A stretch of 64,000 bases of DNA, taken from Candidatus Eremiobacteria bacterium (GTDB lineage: Bacteria; Vulcanimicrobiota; Vulcanimicrobiia; Vulcanimicrobiales; Vulcanimicrobiaceae). Of the stretch, positions 1-9,742 are shown in pieces. The stretch is from contig CAVTRC010000002.1 of the NCBI GenBank assembly GCA_963737065.1, positions 352,001-416,000 on the forward strand, read 5' to 3'. Every line of letters begins with the position of its first letter. The first letter of the stretch is position 1. The position numbers and the translations under genes were made by a program. Below the pieces are notes generated by a model that was not told where the DNA came from, ran no database searches, and worked only from the letters and a program-made list of their open reading frames with translations.

Positions 1-1
1 G

Positions 2-337
2 GAAACGTGCGGCTTTCGGTTCGCACACCCTATTCCGGGCTTGAGCGCGAGCGTATTTCCCGTGAAGTATGACGACGAGGTCAGGATTGCGGTCGTTCTG
101 CAGCCGGCTGCTACGCGCCGCACGATCGAGGATGCAAGCCTCGAATTTCGATTGTCACGGCGCGAGCGCGAGGTGTTATGTTCGCTCTTCGACGGCTGTT
201 CCACATCGGAAATTGCGTACCGGTTGAAACTAGCGGAATCGACCGTTCAGGATCACATCAAGCGGATGATCTTCAAAACGCGTTCGCGCAACCGGATCGA
301 GCTTGCCGCGAAGATCTTCGGCTGGCCGGACATGTGA
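2..337 (+). CDS. LuxR-family HTH transcriptional regulator (5' end outside window)
   Basis: C-terminal LSRREREVL...STSEIAYRLKLAESTVQDHIKRM is a LuxR HTH; frame is open to the window edge. Confidence 0.85.
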   Translation, partial: ETCGFRFAHPIPGLSASVFPVKYDDEVRIAVVLQPAATRRTIEDASLEFRLSRREREVLCSLFDGCSTSEIAYRLKLAESTVQDHIKRMIFKTRSRNRIELAAKIFGWPDM

Positions 338-1002
338 CGAGATGTGCGTTGCTCTTCGCCGCGCTTGTAACGATAGCGAGCACCGGCCGAGCGCTGCACG
401 AGACGTGGCGGGAGTTTCCCGCAAACGCCGTATTGTCCGAGCAGGCGCCTTCAGGAAACTGGTTAGCGCGGTTTAGCGGATACGGGCGGATCACGGTTGT
501 GTCGGATCCGCTTTTCGGCAATGCCCTCGAGCTGGCGCCCAAGCCGGCCGGCGGACAGCCGGAAACGCATGCCGCGCTCGTAACGACGCTCGATTCATTT
601 GAGGACTTCGACGCCACCGTGCAAATGAACACGCTGCGCCAGTCGAAATCACAACCCGATCCCAGCGACGTGGGGTGGTTTTTGTGGCGGTACAGCGACA
701 ACAGGCACTTCTACTATTTTTCGCTCAAACCCAACGGCTGGGAGCTGGGCAAAGAAGATCCCGCATACCCGAAGGCCCAGCGCTTCCTCTCCAGCGGCAA
801 GGAACCGCACCTCGTGCTGGGAACGCCGAATATCGTGCGCGTCGTGCAGCGCAGCGCAACCATTTGGGTCTATGTCGACGGACAAAACGTCACGCAATAC
901 AGCGACTTAGAACGGCCGTATTTTTTGGGCAGTCTCGGACTCTATTGCGAAGATTCGATCGTGCGCTTCGGATCGGTGAACGTCATCGACACGATGCCCT
1001 GA
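334..1002 (+). CDS. Secreted beta-sandwich protein (DUF1080/concanavalin-like fold, tentative)
   Basis: GTG at 334 overlaps the luxR stop (GTGA); signal-peptide-like N-terminus; ends ...IWVYVDG...GSLGLYCEDSIVRFGSV. Confidence 0.55.
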   Translation: MTRCALLFAALVTIASTGRALHETWREFPANAVLSEQAPSGNWLARFSGYGRITVVSDPLFGNALELAPKPAGGQPETHAALVTTLDSFEDFDATVQMNTLRQSKSQPDPSDVGWFLWRYSDNRHFYYFSLKPNGWELGKEDPAYPKAQRFLSSGKEPHLVLGTPNIVRVVQRSATIWVYVDGQNVTQYSDLERPYFLGSLGLYCEDSIVRFGSVNVIDTMP

Positions 1003-1389
1003 TTACAGCACCGCCGTAGCCTCGATCTCGACGCGAGCGCCATCCTCGAGCAGCGCCGCTACTTGGACCAGCGACATTGCCGGATAATGCGATTCAAAGA
1101 TCTCCTTATACGCGGTACCGAGTTCGGCCGCCGCCGCAAGATAGTCGTGCTTGTCGACCACGTACCATGTCAGACGAACGATGTTGCTCGGTGCACCGCC
1201 CGCAGCGCGAACGACCGCGACCACGTTTCGCAATGCTTGCACCGCCTGCTCGAGAAACCGGTTCGACACAAGTTCGTTACGCTCGTTCCAACCGATCTGG
1301 CCTGCCACCGCAAGAATAGCGCCTTCGCGAAGAACGCCGTTGCTGTAGCCCTTCGGCCGCGGCCAGTCACTGGGATTGATGCTCGTCAT
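1003..1389 (-). CDS. RidA/YjgF family protein
   Basis: PKGYSNG, AGQIG, YPAMSLVQVAAL...VEIEATAV motifs; ATG overlaps the upstream stop. Confidence 0.9.
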   Translation of the reverse strand: MTSINPSDWPRPKGYSNGVLREGAILAVAGQIGWNERNELVSNRFLEQAVQALRNVVAVVRAAGGAPSNIVRLTWYVVDKHDYLAAAAELGTAYKEIFESHYPAMSLVQVAALLEDGARVEIEATAVL

Positions 1390-2885
1390 GCGTAGTCGCC
1401 CGCGGTCGTCATATCGGTTCCGCGTGTCAAGCGCAGACGGTCGAAGGCCGGCGTAAGGGCCGCCGAAATTGCGATGTTGAGCGTAAGCGCGTAGAGGGCG
1501 AGAAATCCGGTCACCGGCGTTCCGCCGATGACGACCGTGATGTTCGGTGAAAAGCCGGTTGCCACGCCCATTGCGCTTGCGGCAACGAATCCGCACGCCC
1601 ACCCGATCAGCAATGCTTTCGGATGGAACCAGCGCGTGTACATACCGAATACGAACGACGGAAAGATTTGCAGCATCCACGCACCGCCGAGCAGCTGAAA
1701 ATAGATCGCGTACTGGACCGGAACGGTGAGAACTAACAGCAAGCCGATCGCGCAGAACGCGACCGTTAGCTGTTTCGCCGTTTGCGCTTCACCGGCAACG
1801 CGCGTCGGGGAAAACTGGTTGAACACATTACTCGCAAACAGATTCGCGGAACCAATCGCCATGATCGCCGCTGGAACCAAGGCTCCGATGACGATCGCCG
1901 CCTGCGCGACGCCTGCAAACCAGTCGGGAAAGAATTGCTTGATCAAGATCGGGACGACGCTGCTATTATTCGCCGTCCTGTATCCAGCCGCAAGTGCGCA
2001 GAACCCGAGCAGCGCCAAAAAGCCCAGCAGAAGCGAATACACCGGTAAGAGCGCGGCATTGCGACGAATCACGCCGCGGCTCTTCGCCGCGAGTACGCTC
2101 GTGATCGAGTGCGGATACAGGAACAGCGCGAGCGACGATCCGAACGCCCACGTCGCGTACGCAAAGTACTGCGAGGGCAGCAGCAGAATGCTGCCGGGTT
2201 TTGACTTCGCCGCAAGTGCGCTTTGCGATGCAGCAAAGATGTGCGACCAGCCGCCGAGCCTCGCTGGGATGATCGTAATCGCGGCGATGACGGTAACATA
2301 GATCAGCGTGTCCTTGACAAAGGCAATGAGCGCGGGGGCGCGCAGTCCGCTCGTATACGTATAGGCGGCGAGTAACACGAAGGCGATTGCGAGCGACACG
2401 AAGCCGCCCTGCGCGGCGAAAGCGCCGCCGCGTTGCGCAAACACCGCTTCCATTCCGTCCAATTGCAGCGCGATGTACGGCAGCGCCGCGAGGACGCCCG
2501 TGATCGCAATCGCGATCTCCAACGTGCGATCGCCGAACCGGTCTCGCACGAAGTCCGCGGAAGTAACGTACCCGCGTCGCCGTGCGATGGTCCAAAAGCG
2601 GCTGAGAATCACGAATGCGATGGGATATGCGATCGTGGCGTATGGAACCGCGAAAAATCCAAGCGCGCCAACCCCGTAGACGAGCGCGGGTACCGCGATA
2701 AAGGTGTACGCGGTATAGAGATCACCGCCCAGGAGAAACCACGAGATCACCGTGCCGAAACCTCGCCCACCGAGTGCCCACTCATCGAGCGAGTTCAGCT
2801 GCGCGCCGCGCCATCGTGAGGCAAGAAAACCCATCACCGTGACGCCGAGCACGAGCACGACGAGAATCACGGTCCCGCTAGACAT
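1386..2885 (-). CDS. Sodium:solute symporter (MctP-like monocarboxylate permease)
   Basis: EWALGGRGFG...WFLLGGDLYTAYTFIAVPA motif; many TM segments. Confidence 0.9.
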   Translation of the reverse strand: MSSGTVILVVLVLGVTVMGFLASRWRGAQLNSLDEWALGGRGFGTVISWFLLGGDLYTAYTFIAVPALVYGVGALGFFAVPYATIAYPIAFVILSRFWTIARRRGYVTSADFVRDRFGDRTLEIAIAITGVLAALPYIALQLDGMEAVFAQRGGAFAAQGGFVSLAIAFVLLAAYTYTSGLRAPALIAFVKDTLIYVTVIAAITIIPARLGGWSHIFAASQSALAAKSKPGSILLLPSQYFAYATWAFGSSLALFLYPHSITSVLAAKSRGVIRRNAALLPVYSLLLGFLALLGFCALAAGYRTANNSSVVPILIKQFFPDWFAGVAQAAIVIGALVPAAIMAIGSANLFASNVFNQFSPTRVAGEAQTAKQLTVAFCAIGLLLVLTVPVQYAIYFQLLGGAWMLQIFPSFVFGMYTRWFHPKALLIGWACGFVAASAMGVATGFSPNITVVIGGTPVTGFLALYALTLNIAISAALTPAFDRLRLTRGTDMTTAGDYA

Positions 2886-3069
2886 CGTCGACTCTCCGCG
2901 TCGCCACGACCACGATGCTAAGCAGAATCGACGTAACGATCACCCACAGCAACTGGTACCAGTAGAAAAATGGAAAACCGAAGAGCGCCGGCTGCAGGCG
3001 GTTATAGAGTTGCGGAAACAACTCGGCGACAAACGGCAGCAGCAAAAGCAGGTACCACGCGCGTCTCAT
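2878..3069 (-). CDS. Small symporter accessory protein (DUF3311-like)
   Basis: YNRLQPALFGFPFFYWYQLLW motif; overlaps the symporter start. Confidence 0.85.
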   Translation of the reverse strand: MRRAWYLLLLLPFVAELFPQLYNRLQPALFGFPFFYWYQLLWVIVTSILLSIVVVATRRVDDV

Positions 3070-3080
3070 CGCGTTCGCCT

Positions 3081-4025
3081 TTATCGTTCGAAGGGTAACG
3101 TCCTTTGCGCCCAAATCGCGGTCAGCGAGATGCGTCCCAAGGCGTACGAGACGATCATGCCCGCAAGGCAAATTGCGGCGCCGGTAAGCTCGTAGCGCGC
3201 GAAGGACGCATGCAGGATCGGAATGCTCAAAAGCCCCGCGAGGACCGGTACGAGGAAACTAAAGATCGATGCTCGTCCGGCACCGAGCGCGCTGATTCCA
3301 TAACTCCAAACCGGATACGTCAACAGAATCGGAAACAGCGTTGCGTACATGAGACGCCACCAGACATCCCATGAAATGGCCGCAAAATTGGTGTGAAGCA
3401 GCGCCGGAATTCCGCCGGGTGCGATCATGACCGTGCCGATCGCCATCGTAACGGCGAGTAGTCCGAGCGGCGTGTAGCGGTCCAGCAATTGTGCGCTCAC
3501 GACGTTATAGATCGCGAAAACGATAGCAGCGCCGAGCGTCAATACATCGCCGATGCGAAAGCTCGTCGCGCCCGAAAACGCACCTTCAAACACCGCGATG
3601 CCGAAGAGTGCGATCGCGGCGCCGAGCCAGCGTCCACTTCGAACGCGTTCTTGCCCGAACGCGGCGACGATGACAAGCGTGAAGATCGGCGACATCGCGC
3701 CGAGCAGCGCGGACGCAAACGGCGTCGTGTTCTTCAGTCCGACGATCCACAAATATTGATACACCCCGTATCCGCACGCTCCGCACAGGATCAGCGCACC
3801 GATGTCGCGGCGGTAGATGCGGACGCGCTCGCCGGCGACACGCACGAGCAGAAACGCAAGCGGCGTCATCGCGAGGAAGCGCAGGAACGTAAACGCGAGC
3901 GGATGTATCTGCGCGACCGCTTGTTTCGCAAGTACCGTATTGAGCGCCCACGCCAGCACGACATAGAACAGGCTAAGGTAGAGAAGGAGGCGGCGCGGCA
4001 CGATTCGCCGTTTCGAGGTTGGCAC
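3081..4025 (-). CDS. EamA/DMT family transporter
   Basis: Two EamA repeats, about 10 TM segments. Confidence 0.88.
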   Translation of the reverse strand: MPTSKRRIVPRRLLLYLSLFYVVLAWALNTVLAKQAVAQIHPLAFTFLRFLAMTPLAFLLVRVAGERVRIYRRDIGALILCGACGYGVYQYLWIVGLKNTTPFASALLGAMSPIFTLVIVAAFGQERVRSGRWLGAAIALFGIAVFEGAFSGATSFRIGDVLTLGAAIVFAIYNVVSAQLLDRYTPLGLLAVTMAIGTVMIAPGGIPALLHTNFAAISWDVWWRLMYATLFPILLTYPVWSYGISALGAGRASIFSFLVPVLAGLLSIPILHASFARYELTGAAICLAGMIVSYALGRISLTAIWAQRTLPFER

Positions 4026-4116
4026 AACGCTCCATGCGCCTTCATACGGAATCTCCGGCTAAGGCTCGACGCAAACCGCACCGGCAGCGATGACGGGCAG
4101 GGTCGCCGTCGTAGGA

Positions 4117-4180
4117 AGCGCCGTTGAACCGGCCGGGCACGGGTCTTTAGCGCCGAGACTCCCCTTGCTTTGTCCGGCCG
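4117..4180 (-). promoter_or_regulatory. Candidate structured leader (riboswitch-like) of the EamA gene
   Basis: Minus-strand stem CGGCCGG/CCGGCCG, inner GUCU/AGAC hairpin, 3' GUUCAACGGCGCU tail. Confidence 0.3.
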
Positions 4181-4321
4181 CTCGGTCACCCCTCGGCCGA
4201 TGCAAGCGATGGTCTACCTAGCGAATGATGACCCAGGTAGCAGGAATCGTGCGTTATGGCGCGTCACATGCGCCGTACGCTGGTCTGTTTTGCTACGCAC
4301 GTCGATAAAAAAGGGGCGCAA

Positions 4322-4684
4322 ATGGTTAGCCAACCAAAGGACACGCCGTTCGGGTTAGAACCCAATGTAGCGGCTGGTCTCGCTTATCTGCTGGGGATCA
4401 TCGGCGGTATTGTCATGCTCGTCGGCGGCGGCACGAACAAGTTCGTCAAGTGGGCTGCCTGCCAGTCCATCACGCTCGGAGCGTCGTACATCGCCTTGTG
4501 GATCATCGTGGACATTCTCACGATGATGCACCTCGGGTTTCTATTTCTGCTTTTCCCGATCGTCGCAATTCTGTACTTCGTCGCATGGCTCTGGACCTGG
4601 ATTACCGCGTTTCAAGGCAAAGAAGTACGCGTGCCGGTTATCGCGGATCTGACGCAGCGGTTGTTCGGCGCACAAGTCGCGTAA
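4322..4684 (+). CDS. Small membrane protein (DUF4870-like)
   Basis: GLEPNVAAGLAYLLG...AFQGKEVRVPVI pattern, 3 TM segments; RBS AAGGGG. Confidence 0.8.
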   Translation: MVSQPKDTPFGLEPNVAAGLAYLLGIIGGIVMLVGGGTNKFVKWAACQSITLGASYIALWIIVDILTMMHLGFLFLLFPIVAILYFVAWLWTWITAFQGKEVRVPVIADLTQRLFGAQVA

Positions 4685-4686
4685 CC

Positions 4687-5343
4687 TTAATGGTCCCACG
4701 GCGGCGCGGCGGTGGAGGGATGCTCGTCGAGCGCGTGCCACACGTCACCCGCAGTTTGCGTCGCCGGATTCCCCCGCTGTTGATAGTCCACGTGAATCAG
4801 CGTCGCGTTCGTTTGCGACGCCCTTCCACCGTCATCGCCTGCGCCGGCGTTCGCGAGCGTATCGAGCGTTGCATCCAATGATCCAACGAGCGCTGCATAC
4901 GGCTCCGTAGCAAAAGTACGAAACATCACGTCGCCCGCTCGTGTCATCATCACGTCGCCGTTCCCGGCGAGCACTTGCGCGGTGAGAGCATACCTGACGC
5001 GCGACTCGTCTACATGCGAATTGCTTTGCATGTAGACCGTGCAGCTCGCATCGGCGCACGTTAGCGGCGTGGAGCCGGGGTTCGGGGTCGCAACCGAAAC
5101 CGTTGCGCGCACGGTGACGGCGCATCCGAGGCTGCTGGCATAGATGCACGTCGCAGTCGGCTGCGGAATCGGTCCGCCCGCCGCCGCCGTTTGCGCCTGA
5201 CGAATCGCGTCGGAAAAGGCCGCGCGAACCGCAGCGTGTTCCCGCACGTGAAAACTCATGCGCGCAAGCGCGGCAGCGCCGAACACGACCGCTTCACCGA
5301 GGACGGCAACGAAGGCAATCAACACGATGACGCGGACGAGCAC
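4687..5343 (-). CDS. Pilin/pseudopilin-like exported protein
   Basis: N-terminal hydrophobic helix, Cys pairs; adjacent to a prepilin-like gene. Confidence 0.55.
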   Translation of the reverse strand: MLVRVIVLIAFVAVLGEAVVFGAAALARMSFHVREHAAVRAAFSDAIRQAQTAAAGGPIPQPTATCIYASSLGCAVTVRATVSVATPNPGSTPLTCADASCTVYMQSNSHVDESRVRYALTAQVLAGNGDVMMTRAGDVMFRTFATEPYAALVGSLDATLDTLANAGAGDDGGRASQTNATLIHVDYQQRGNPATQTAGDVWHALDEHPSTAAPPWDH

Positions 5344-5349
5344 GCCGCG

Positions 5350-5784
5350 CTACAACGGTGCCGCCGCGGTTTGCGGCGCGACGATTTGCGTTGACGGGAG
5401 GGGAACCGGTTGGGGAACGGTCGTGGTAAGTGTTGCGCGCTCGCTGCGCCCGTCCGCAGTTGCGGCAATCGTAACGGTATACCCGCCCGTTGCAATCGCG
5501 TTCGTCGAGATCGAAAGATGAATCGGAATCGTCGATCCGCCGGGAAACGGTGCGGTCGTCGCGATCGTCGCGGGCGCAACCGAACCGCCTTGATATTTCA
5601 GTACGTCGGCTGCTACGCGGACTTCACGCTGAACGGCCGCGCGAAGCGCTTCGTCGACCGGCGCTGCGCCGAACCGATGCGTCGCCGTTACCAGTCCGGT
5701 GAGCACTGCGGCGACGGCGATGCTTGCAATGGCCGCGCCGATCACGGCGTCTATTAGGCCTTCTCCACGTTCGTTCGGACGCAC
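5350..5784 (-). CDS. Prepilin-like protein
   Basis: Class III-like signal ERG|EGLIDAVIGAAIASI. Confidence 0.6.
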   Translation of the reverse strand: MRPNERGEGLIDAVIGAAIASIAVAAVLTGLVTATHRFGAAPVDEALRAAVQREVRVAADVLKYQGGSVAPATIATTAPFPGGSTIPIHLSISTNAIATGGYTVTIAATADGRSERATLTTTVPQPVPLPSTQIVAPQTAAAPL

Positions 5785-5785
5785 G

Positions 5786-6928
5786 TCATACGAAGTGCCC
5801 TGCGGCGTGACGCACGAGACGCGGTTCCGGCATCCGCAACAGCGGCCGTTCGAAGAGATAGGTCACAAGTGCTGCTTCGACGATCGTCGTCGCGAACGCA
5901 GCGATCGTGTATGACACTTGCCACGCGGGATCGAAATGAGGATCGCCATGGTACGGCGGAACGTGCAGCGACATCAGTTCGCGCGCGATCATCTGATGGT
6001 ACAGGTAGAGATTGTAGGAAATGAGCGCGAGGAAACGCAGCGGCCGATTTGCCAACAGCGCCTGCCACCAGCCCGGCGCGCAGAGCGATCCAAATGCGAT
6101 CGCAGCAAACGAAACGCCGTACAACGCTCGGGTGTAGAGCTGGCCCGCGACTTCCCATTGCGGTTCCATGCGATAGTTATAGATCCCGACGAGTAAGCAC
6201 GCGAGCCCGGCCCACCCCGCGAGTGCGACGATCGTCATCACGGGTGCGCCGTCCGATTCACGAACGCGATGACCGTATCGCACGAAGATCAACGCGCAGA
6301 TCATTCCGGACGCAAAGATATCGAGATAGCCGGGCACATTTTCTGCGAGAAGGGGAAACGTCGTCGTGAAACAGCACTGCGCGGCCCACGATCGCCATGC
6401 GACCGCAATCGCCGCCATCGCGGCAGCGCTGACCCACGGTGCGCGCCGAAAGACGAACCACACGAACGGAAAAATCAAGTAGAATTCCACTTCAACGGCG
6501 AGCGTCCACAACACGCCGTTGATCGACCCGTATGTTTGCGGCCACCACGTATGGATGAAGAGCAGATGCGTGATGAGCTCGTGCGCGGGCGACGTGTGTC
6601 CCAAGCGAACCGTCGCTGCGTACCCGATGGCATACGCGATCGCGATCGAGAGTACGTACGACGGTACGATTTTGATGAAGCGTCTATACGCGAAGTGACG
6701 CCATGCCGGTTGCGGCTGGCCGGCAGCCTGCGCCCGCAAGAACGGATACGAGATCACGAATCCGCTCAAAAAGAAGAAGAGGTGCACGCCGATGAAGCCG
6801 GTTTCCGGAATGAATTGCAGCCACGGCAGAGGCGCCGGCAACCATGAAATCTCCCACACGTGGTACCAGAGAACGAGCAGCACCGCGATCCCGCGCAGCC
6901 CGTCCAATACGCCCAGCCGGTCCTTCAT
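5786..6928 (-). CDS. Acyltransferase family 3 (OafA-like)
   Basis: LDGLRGIAVLLV...H, GVHLFFFLSGF, WTLAVEVEFY, SYNLYLYH motifs. Confidence 0.92.
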   Translation of the reverse strand: MKDRLGVLDGLRGIAVLLVLWYHVWEISWLPAPLPWLQFIPETGFIGVHLFFFLSGFVISYPFLRAQAAGQPQPAWRHFAYRRFIKIVPSYVLSIAIAYAIGYAATVRLGHTSPAHELITHLLFIHTWWPQTYGSINGVLWTLAVEVEFYLIFPFVWFVFRRAPWVSAAAMAAIAVAWRSWAAQCCFTTTFPLLAENVPGYLDIFASGMICALIFVRYGHRVRESDGAPVMTIVALAGWAGLACLLVGIYNYRMEPQWEVAGQLYTRALYGVSFAAIAFGSLCAPGWWQALLANRPLRFLALISYNLYLYHQMIARELMSLHVPPYHGDPHFDPAWQVSYTIAAFATTIVEAALVTYLFERPLLRMPEPRLVRHAAGHFV

Positions 6929-6968
6929 CTCGCGCGGCTTTGTTCTAACCGCTTGACACAAAACCTGT

Positions 6969-6994
6969 TTTTGTATTAGCGTTGTAATACAAAA
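6969..6994. promoter_or_regulatory. Palindromic operator, GntR/YtrA type, overlapping a promoter
   Basis: TTTTGTATTA-N6-TAATACAAAA perfect inverted repeat; TTGACA at 6953-6958; operon ends in a GntR gene. Confidence 0.7.
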
Positions 6995-7007
6995 GCGGAG
7001 GCAAGTT

Positions 7008-7811
7008 GTGCACGGTTATCTTGAATTCGAACGGTGGTACGTCGGCGGCTTTCTGGCGGTTTTCGGGCTCTTCATCGTGTGGAAAGGCGCCACGTTGGGT
7101 TCGTGTTCGCATTTCTTCTGTTTGGAGTTGCGCGATCGGACGTTGAGAGAGCGATTTGCTCCCGTAGTGGAACGCCGCAACCTATTGGAAGGCGACAACG
7201 GATGGGCGCGACGGATCACCGGGCTCTCGGCGGTGCTCTTCGGCGTACTCGTGCTCGTGCGCACGGTGAATCCCGTGATTGGCTATGCATTGCTGTGTGC
7301 CGTCCTCGCGATCGTGACGTCGCAGATTTATTTGAGCATGCGCAACCGCAGCGAGCATCGCGCCGCTTCACTGCAACCGCGAACCGCCACGACGTCCGTG
7401 CCGGCGCTTTGGTACGCCGGGGCCGTGCTCAGTGCGATCCTCCCGCTCGCAACGCTCGGATATCCGAACTTGCGAATTTCTGCGATCATCGTTGCAATCG
7501 CGTGCACGGCGATCGTTATCGTAGCCGCGCGTACCGCGAAAATGGCCGCGTTGCTTGCCGGCGACGATCCGGAGATCGAAGTTTACGTCGATAACCGCTT
7601 GCGCTGGACCCGCGTTACCGGATTGCTGGAACTCGCATACGCCGCGAGTTATCTGTTCGTTTCGATGAGCAAGCCCGAATTGCCGGCCGGTACGCCTTCG
7701 GTTACGGCGTTATTCGTCGCATCGTGGGTGTTGTTCTTTGGTTTTGCGATCTGGGCGATTGCGCGATACTTCCTTCAACGTCCGCGAGCGAACGCGCTCG
7801 TGCGTCGATGA
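7008..7811 (+). CDS. Hypothetical integral membrane protein
   Basis: About 7 hydrophobic segments; RBS GGAGG. Confidence 0.75.
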   Translation: MHGYLEFERWYVGGFLAVFGLFIVWKGATLGSCSHFFCLELRDRTLRERFAPVVERRNLLEGDNGWARRITGLSAVLFGVLVLVRTVNPVIGYALLCAVLAIVTSQIYLSMRNRSEHRAASLQPRTATTSVPALWYAGAVLSAILPLATLGYPNLRISAIIVAIACTAIVIVAARTAKMAALLAGDDPEIEVYVDNRLRWTRVTGLLELAYAASYLFVSMSKPELPAGTPSVTALFVASWVLFFGFAIWAIARYFLQRPRANALVRR

Positions 7812-8200
7812 CGACCGACTCTCTGATCGCGGTCGACCCGAATCTCGAGACGGCGCCGTATCAGCAAATCTTCGAGCAGATCCGCGCGGGGATCGAACGA
7901 GGCGATCTGCCGCCGGATGCCGTGCTCCCGACGGTACGTCAGCTCGCGGGCGACTTAGGTGTCGCGCCGAACACCGTCGCTCGCGCGTATGCGGATTTGC
8001 AGCAAGCGGGATGGCTTGTCAGTGAAGGGCGGCGCGGCACGCGAGTTGCCTCGAAGACGCCTGCGGCCGATCGTCGCGCGCGGCTGCACGCGTTAACCGA
8101 GGCGGTGTCGCGCTTTATCGAAACGATGCGCCATCGCGGCTACACGAGAGAAGAGATCGCCGCCAAACTTGACGACGTGCGGCGATCCCAGCTTCTCTAG
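7808..8200 (+). CDS. GntR family regulator (YtrA subfamily)
   Basis: PYQQI...LPTVRQLAGDLGVAPNTVARAY...GRRGT; short C-terminal domain. Confidence 0.92.
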   Translation: MTTDSLIAVDPNLETAPYQQIFEQIRAGIERGDLPPDAVLPTVRQLAGDLGVAPNTVARAYADLQQAGWLVSEGRRGTRVASKTPAADRRARLHALTEAVSRFIETMRHRGYTREEIAAKLDDVRRSQLL

Positions 8201-8295
8201 CACGTCCACTCAACCACAGCCGGGCGCGCTCTACGGCGCTGACGTGCGAGGATTGCACTGTAGCGCACGAAACGGAATAGCAGGAGGTGCCGCGC

Positions 8296-8976
8296 ATGTA
8301 CAACGTTGCTGTAGAACGGTCCGCCGGATGGTCGGGCATCGCATTCATTATCATCGTCATCGTGGCTGCTTTTCTTCCCGGCTCTCCGCCGCCCCCGGAC
8401 GCCGCGCCGGCCGATGTTGCCGCGTTTATCGACGCGCATCACGCCATGTGGATGCTTGCGGCGTGGCTGACGTTTCCCGCTATTGCGTTCTTCTTGTGGT
8501 GGCTCATTCAACTGCGCGCGTACTTGCGGCTCGTCCCGCAGATCGACGACGGCTTGCCGACGTATATGCTCGCCGGCGGCGTTGTTGCCGCAGCGATCGT
8601 GATCGTTACCGCCACGGTGCAGGTCGTTCTCGGTATGCGGCTCTCAACGGATCGCACACCGCAGATCGTCGGCATGCTCTACGATTCGTTCAATGCGCTC
8701 GGTGCGATGATTTTCATTCCATCGACCATCGTGGTATTCGCCGGTTCGCACAGCGGACGGCGTCACCGGAGTCTCCCGGCCGGACTTGCCTATTTCGGAT
8801 ATCTCGCAACCATCGGTTGTGCCGTCGCAACGTTGTCGGTCTTTTCGACGAACGGATTCATGGCGACCGGGGGAATCGGCACAATCCTCATCGGGCTCCT
8901 GCCGTTTGCGATTTGGGTGATCGCGGTCAGCGTCGTACTGATTCGTTCGCCGCGGAGTGCGCCTGCCGGGACTTAA
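8296..8976 (+). CDS. Hypothetical membrane protein
   Basis: About 6 TM segments; RBS GGAGG before the ATG. Confidence 0.75.
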   Translation: MYNVAVERSAGWSGIAFIIIVIVAAFLPGSPPPPDAAPADVAAFIDAHHAMWMLAAWLTFPAIAFFLWWLIQLRAYLRLVPQIDDGLPTYMLAGGVVAAAIVIVTATVQVVLGMRLSTDRTPQIVGMLYDSFNALGAMIFIPSTIVVFAGSHSGRRHRSLPAGLAYFGYLATIGCAVATLSVFSTNGFMATGGIGTILIGLLPFAIWVIAVSVVLIRSPRSAPAGT

Positions 8977-9018
8977 CGCTCAAGGGCGCAGGCGCTATGC
9001 CGAACAATTCTTCCGGCG

Positions 9019-9735
9019 ATGAAAGCCCCGTTCTTGCTGTTGATACTACTCGCTTTCGCTGCGCCCTCCGCGGTCGGTGCGGCCCCTCTTCGGACCTTAA
9101 CGTACCACTTCAGTTTCGACGCGCGCGGTTTTGGCTCGTCGATAGCGACGACGGGAAACGGCGCAGTCATTGAAAACGGGCTCGCGGGAACCAACTCTCG
9201 CTCCGGTTCCATCCGGGTCGACGTCATTCAAGCCACCGGCGACGGCGGCTTGGTGGTTGACGTGACGGAACACGTCGACCGAGACCTGCACGACCTACAA
9301 ACGATTCGTTGCGCGGTGTACGGCGGCACGCAAAGAGTCATCTGCGATCAGAATTTGCACGCAACGAGCGAAGAAACGGTTCTGCTGCAATATCTTGGCC
9401 GCTTTTTCTACGATGCTTCGAAGGTCGACAGCAGCGGACACTGGCATGTGTCACCGCCGCTCTATCGGGGATTTTCCGTAGACAACGACTACACGATCAA
9501 GAAGAGAGACGGAAACGTGTTGACGATCTCAATTTCGCGTCGTGAAAGCGGCGGCGGGTATCTCGCGACGACCGATGGGACGCTCATCTACGACGCGGCA
9601 TTCGATGTGCCCGATTCGATCAAAATGTCGACGTCGTCACAACGCGCCGGCGGCCAAGGCGATATGAACGTCGAACTCAAGCTCTTGACCGATTCAATGT
9701 CCAATGCGCGCGCAGCATCGTCAGCGCCGCATTAG
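9019..9735 (+). CDS. Secreted hypothetical protein (tandem paralog 1)
   Basis: Signal peptide; similar along its length to 9743..10459. Confidence 0.8.
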   Translation: MKAPFLLLILLAFAAPSAVGAAPLRTLTYHFSFDARGFGSSIATTGNGAVIENGLAGTNSRSGSIRVDVIQATGDGGLVVDVTEHVDRDLHDLQTIRCAVYGGTQRVICDQNLHATSEETVLLQYLGRFFYDASKVDSSGHWHVSPPLYRGFSVDNDYTIKKRDGNVLTISISRRESGGGYLATTDGTLIYDAAFDVPDSIKMSTSSQRAGGQGDMNVELKLLTDSMSNARAASSAPH

Positions 9736-9742
9736 ATCGCGG

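Noticed and set aside
4160..4170. yybP-ykoY or lysine riboswitch (AAGGGGAGT on the minus strand)
   Set aside because: Only a 9-mer matches; the rest of the architecture is absent or too short
4206..4240. Fluoride riboswitch-like GCGATGGTC...TGATGACC
   Set aside because: The P1 partner is missing and the downstream gene is not fluoride-related
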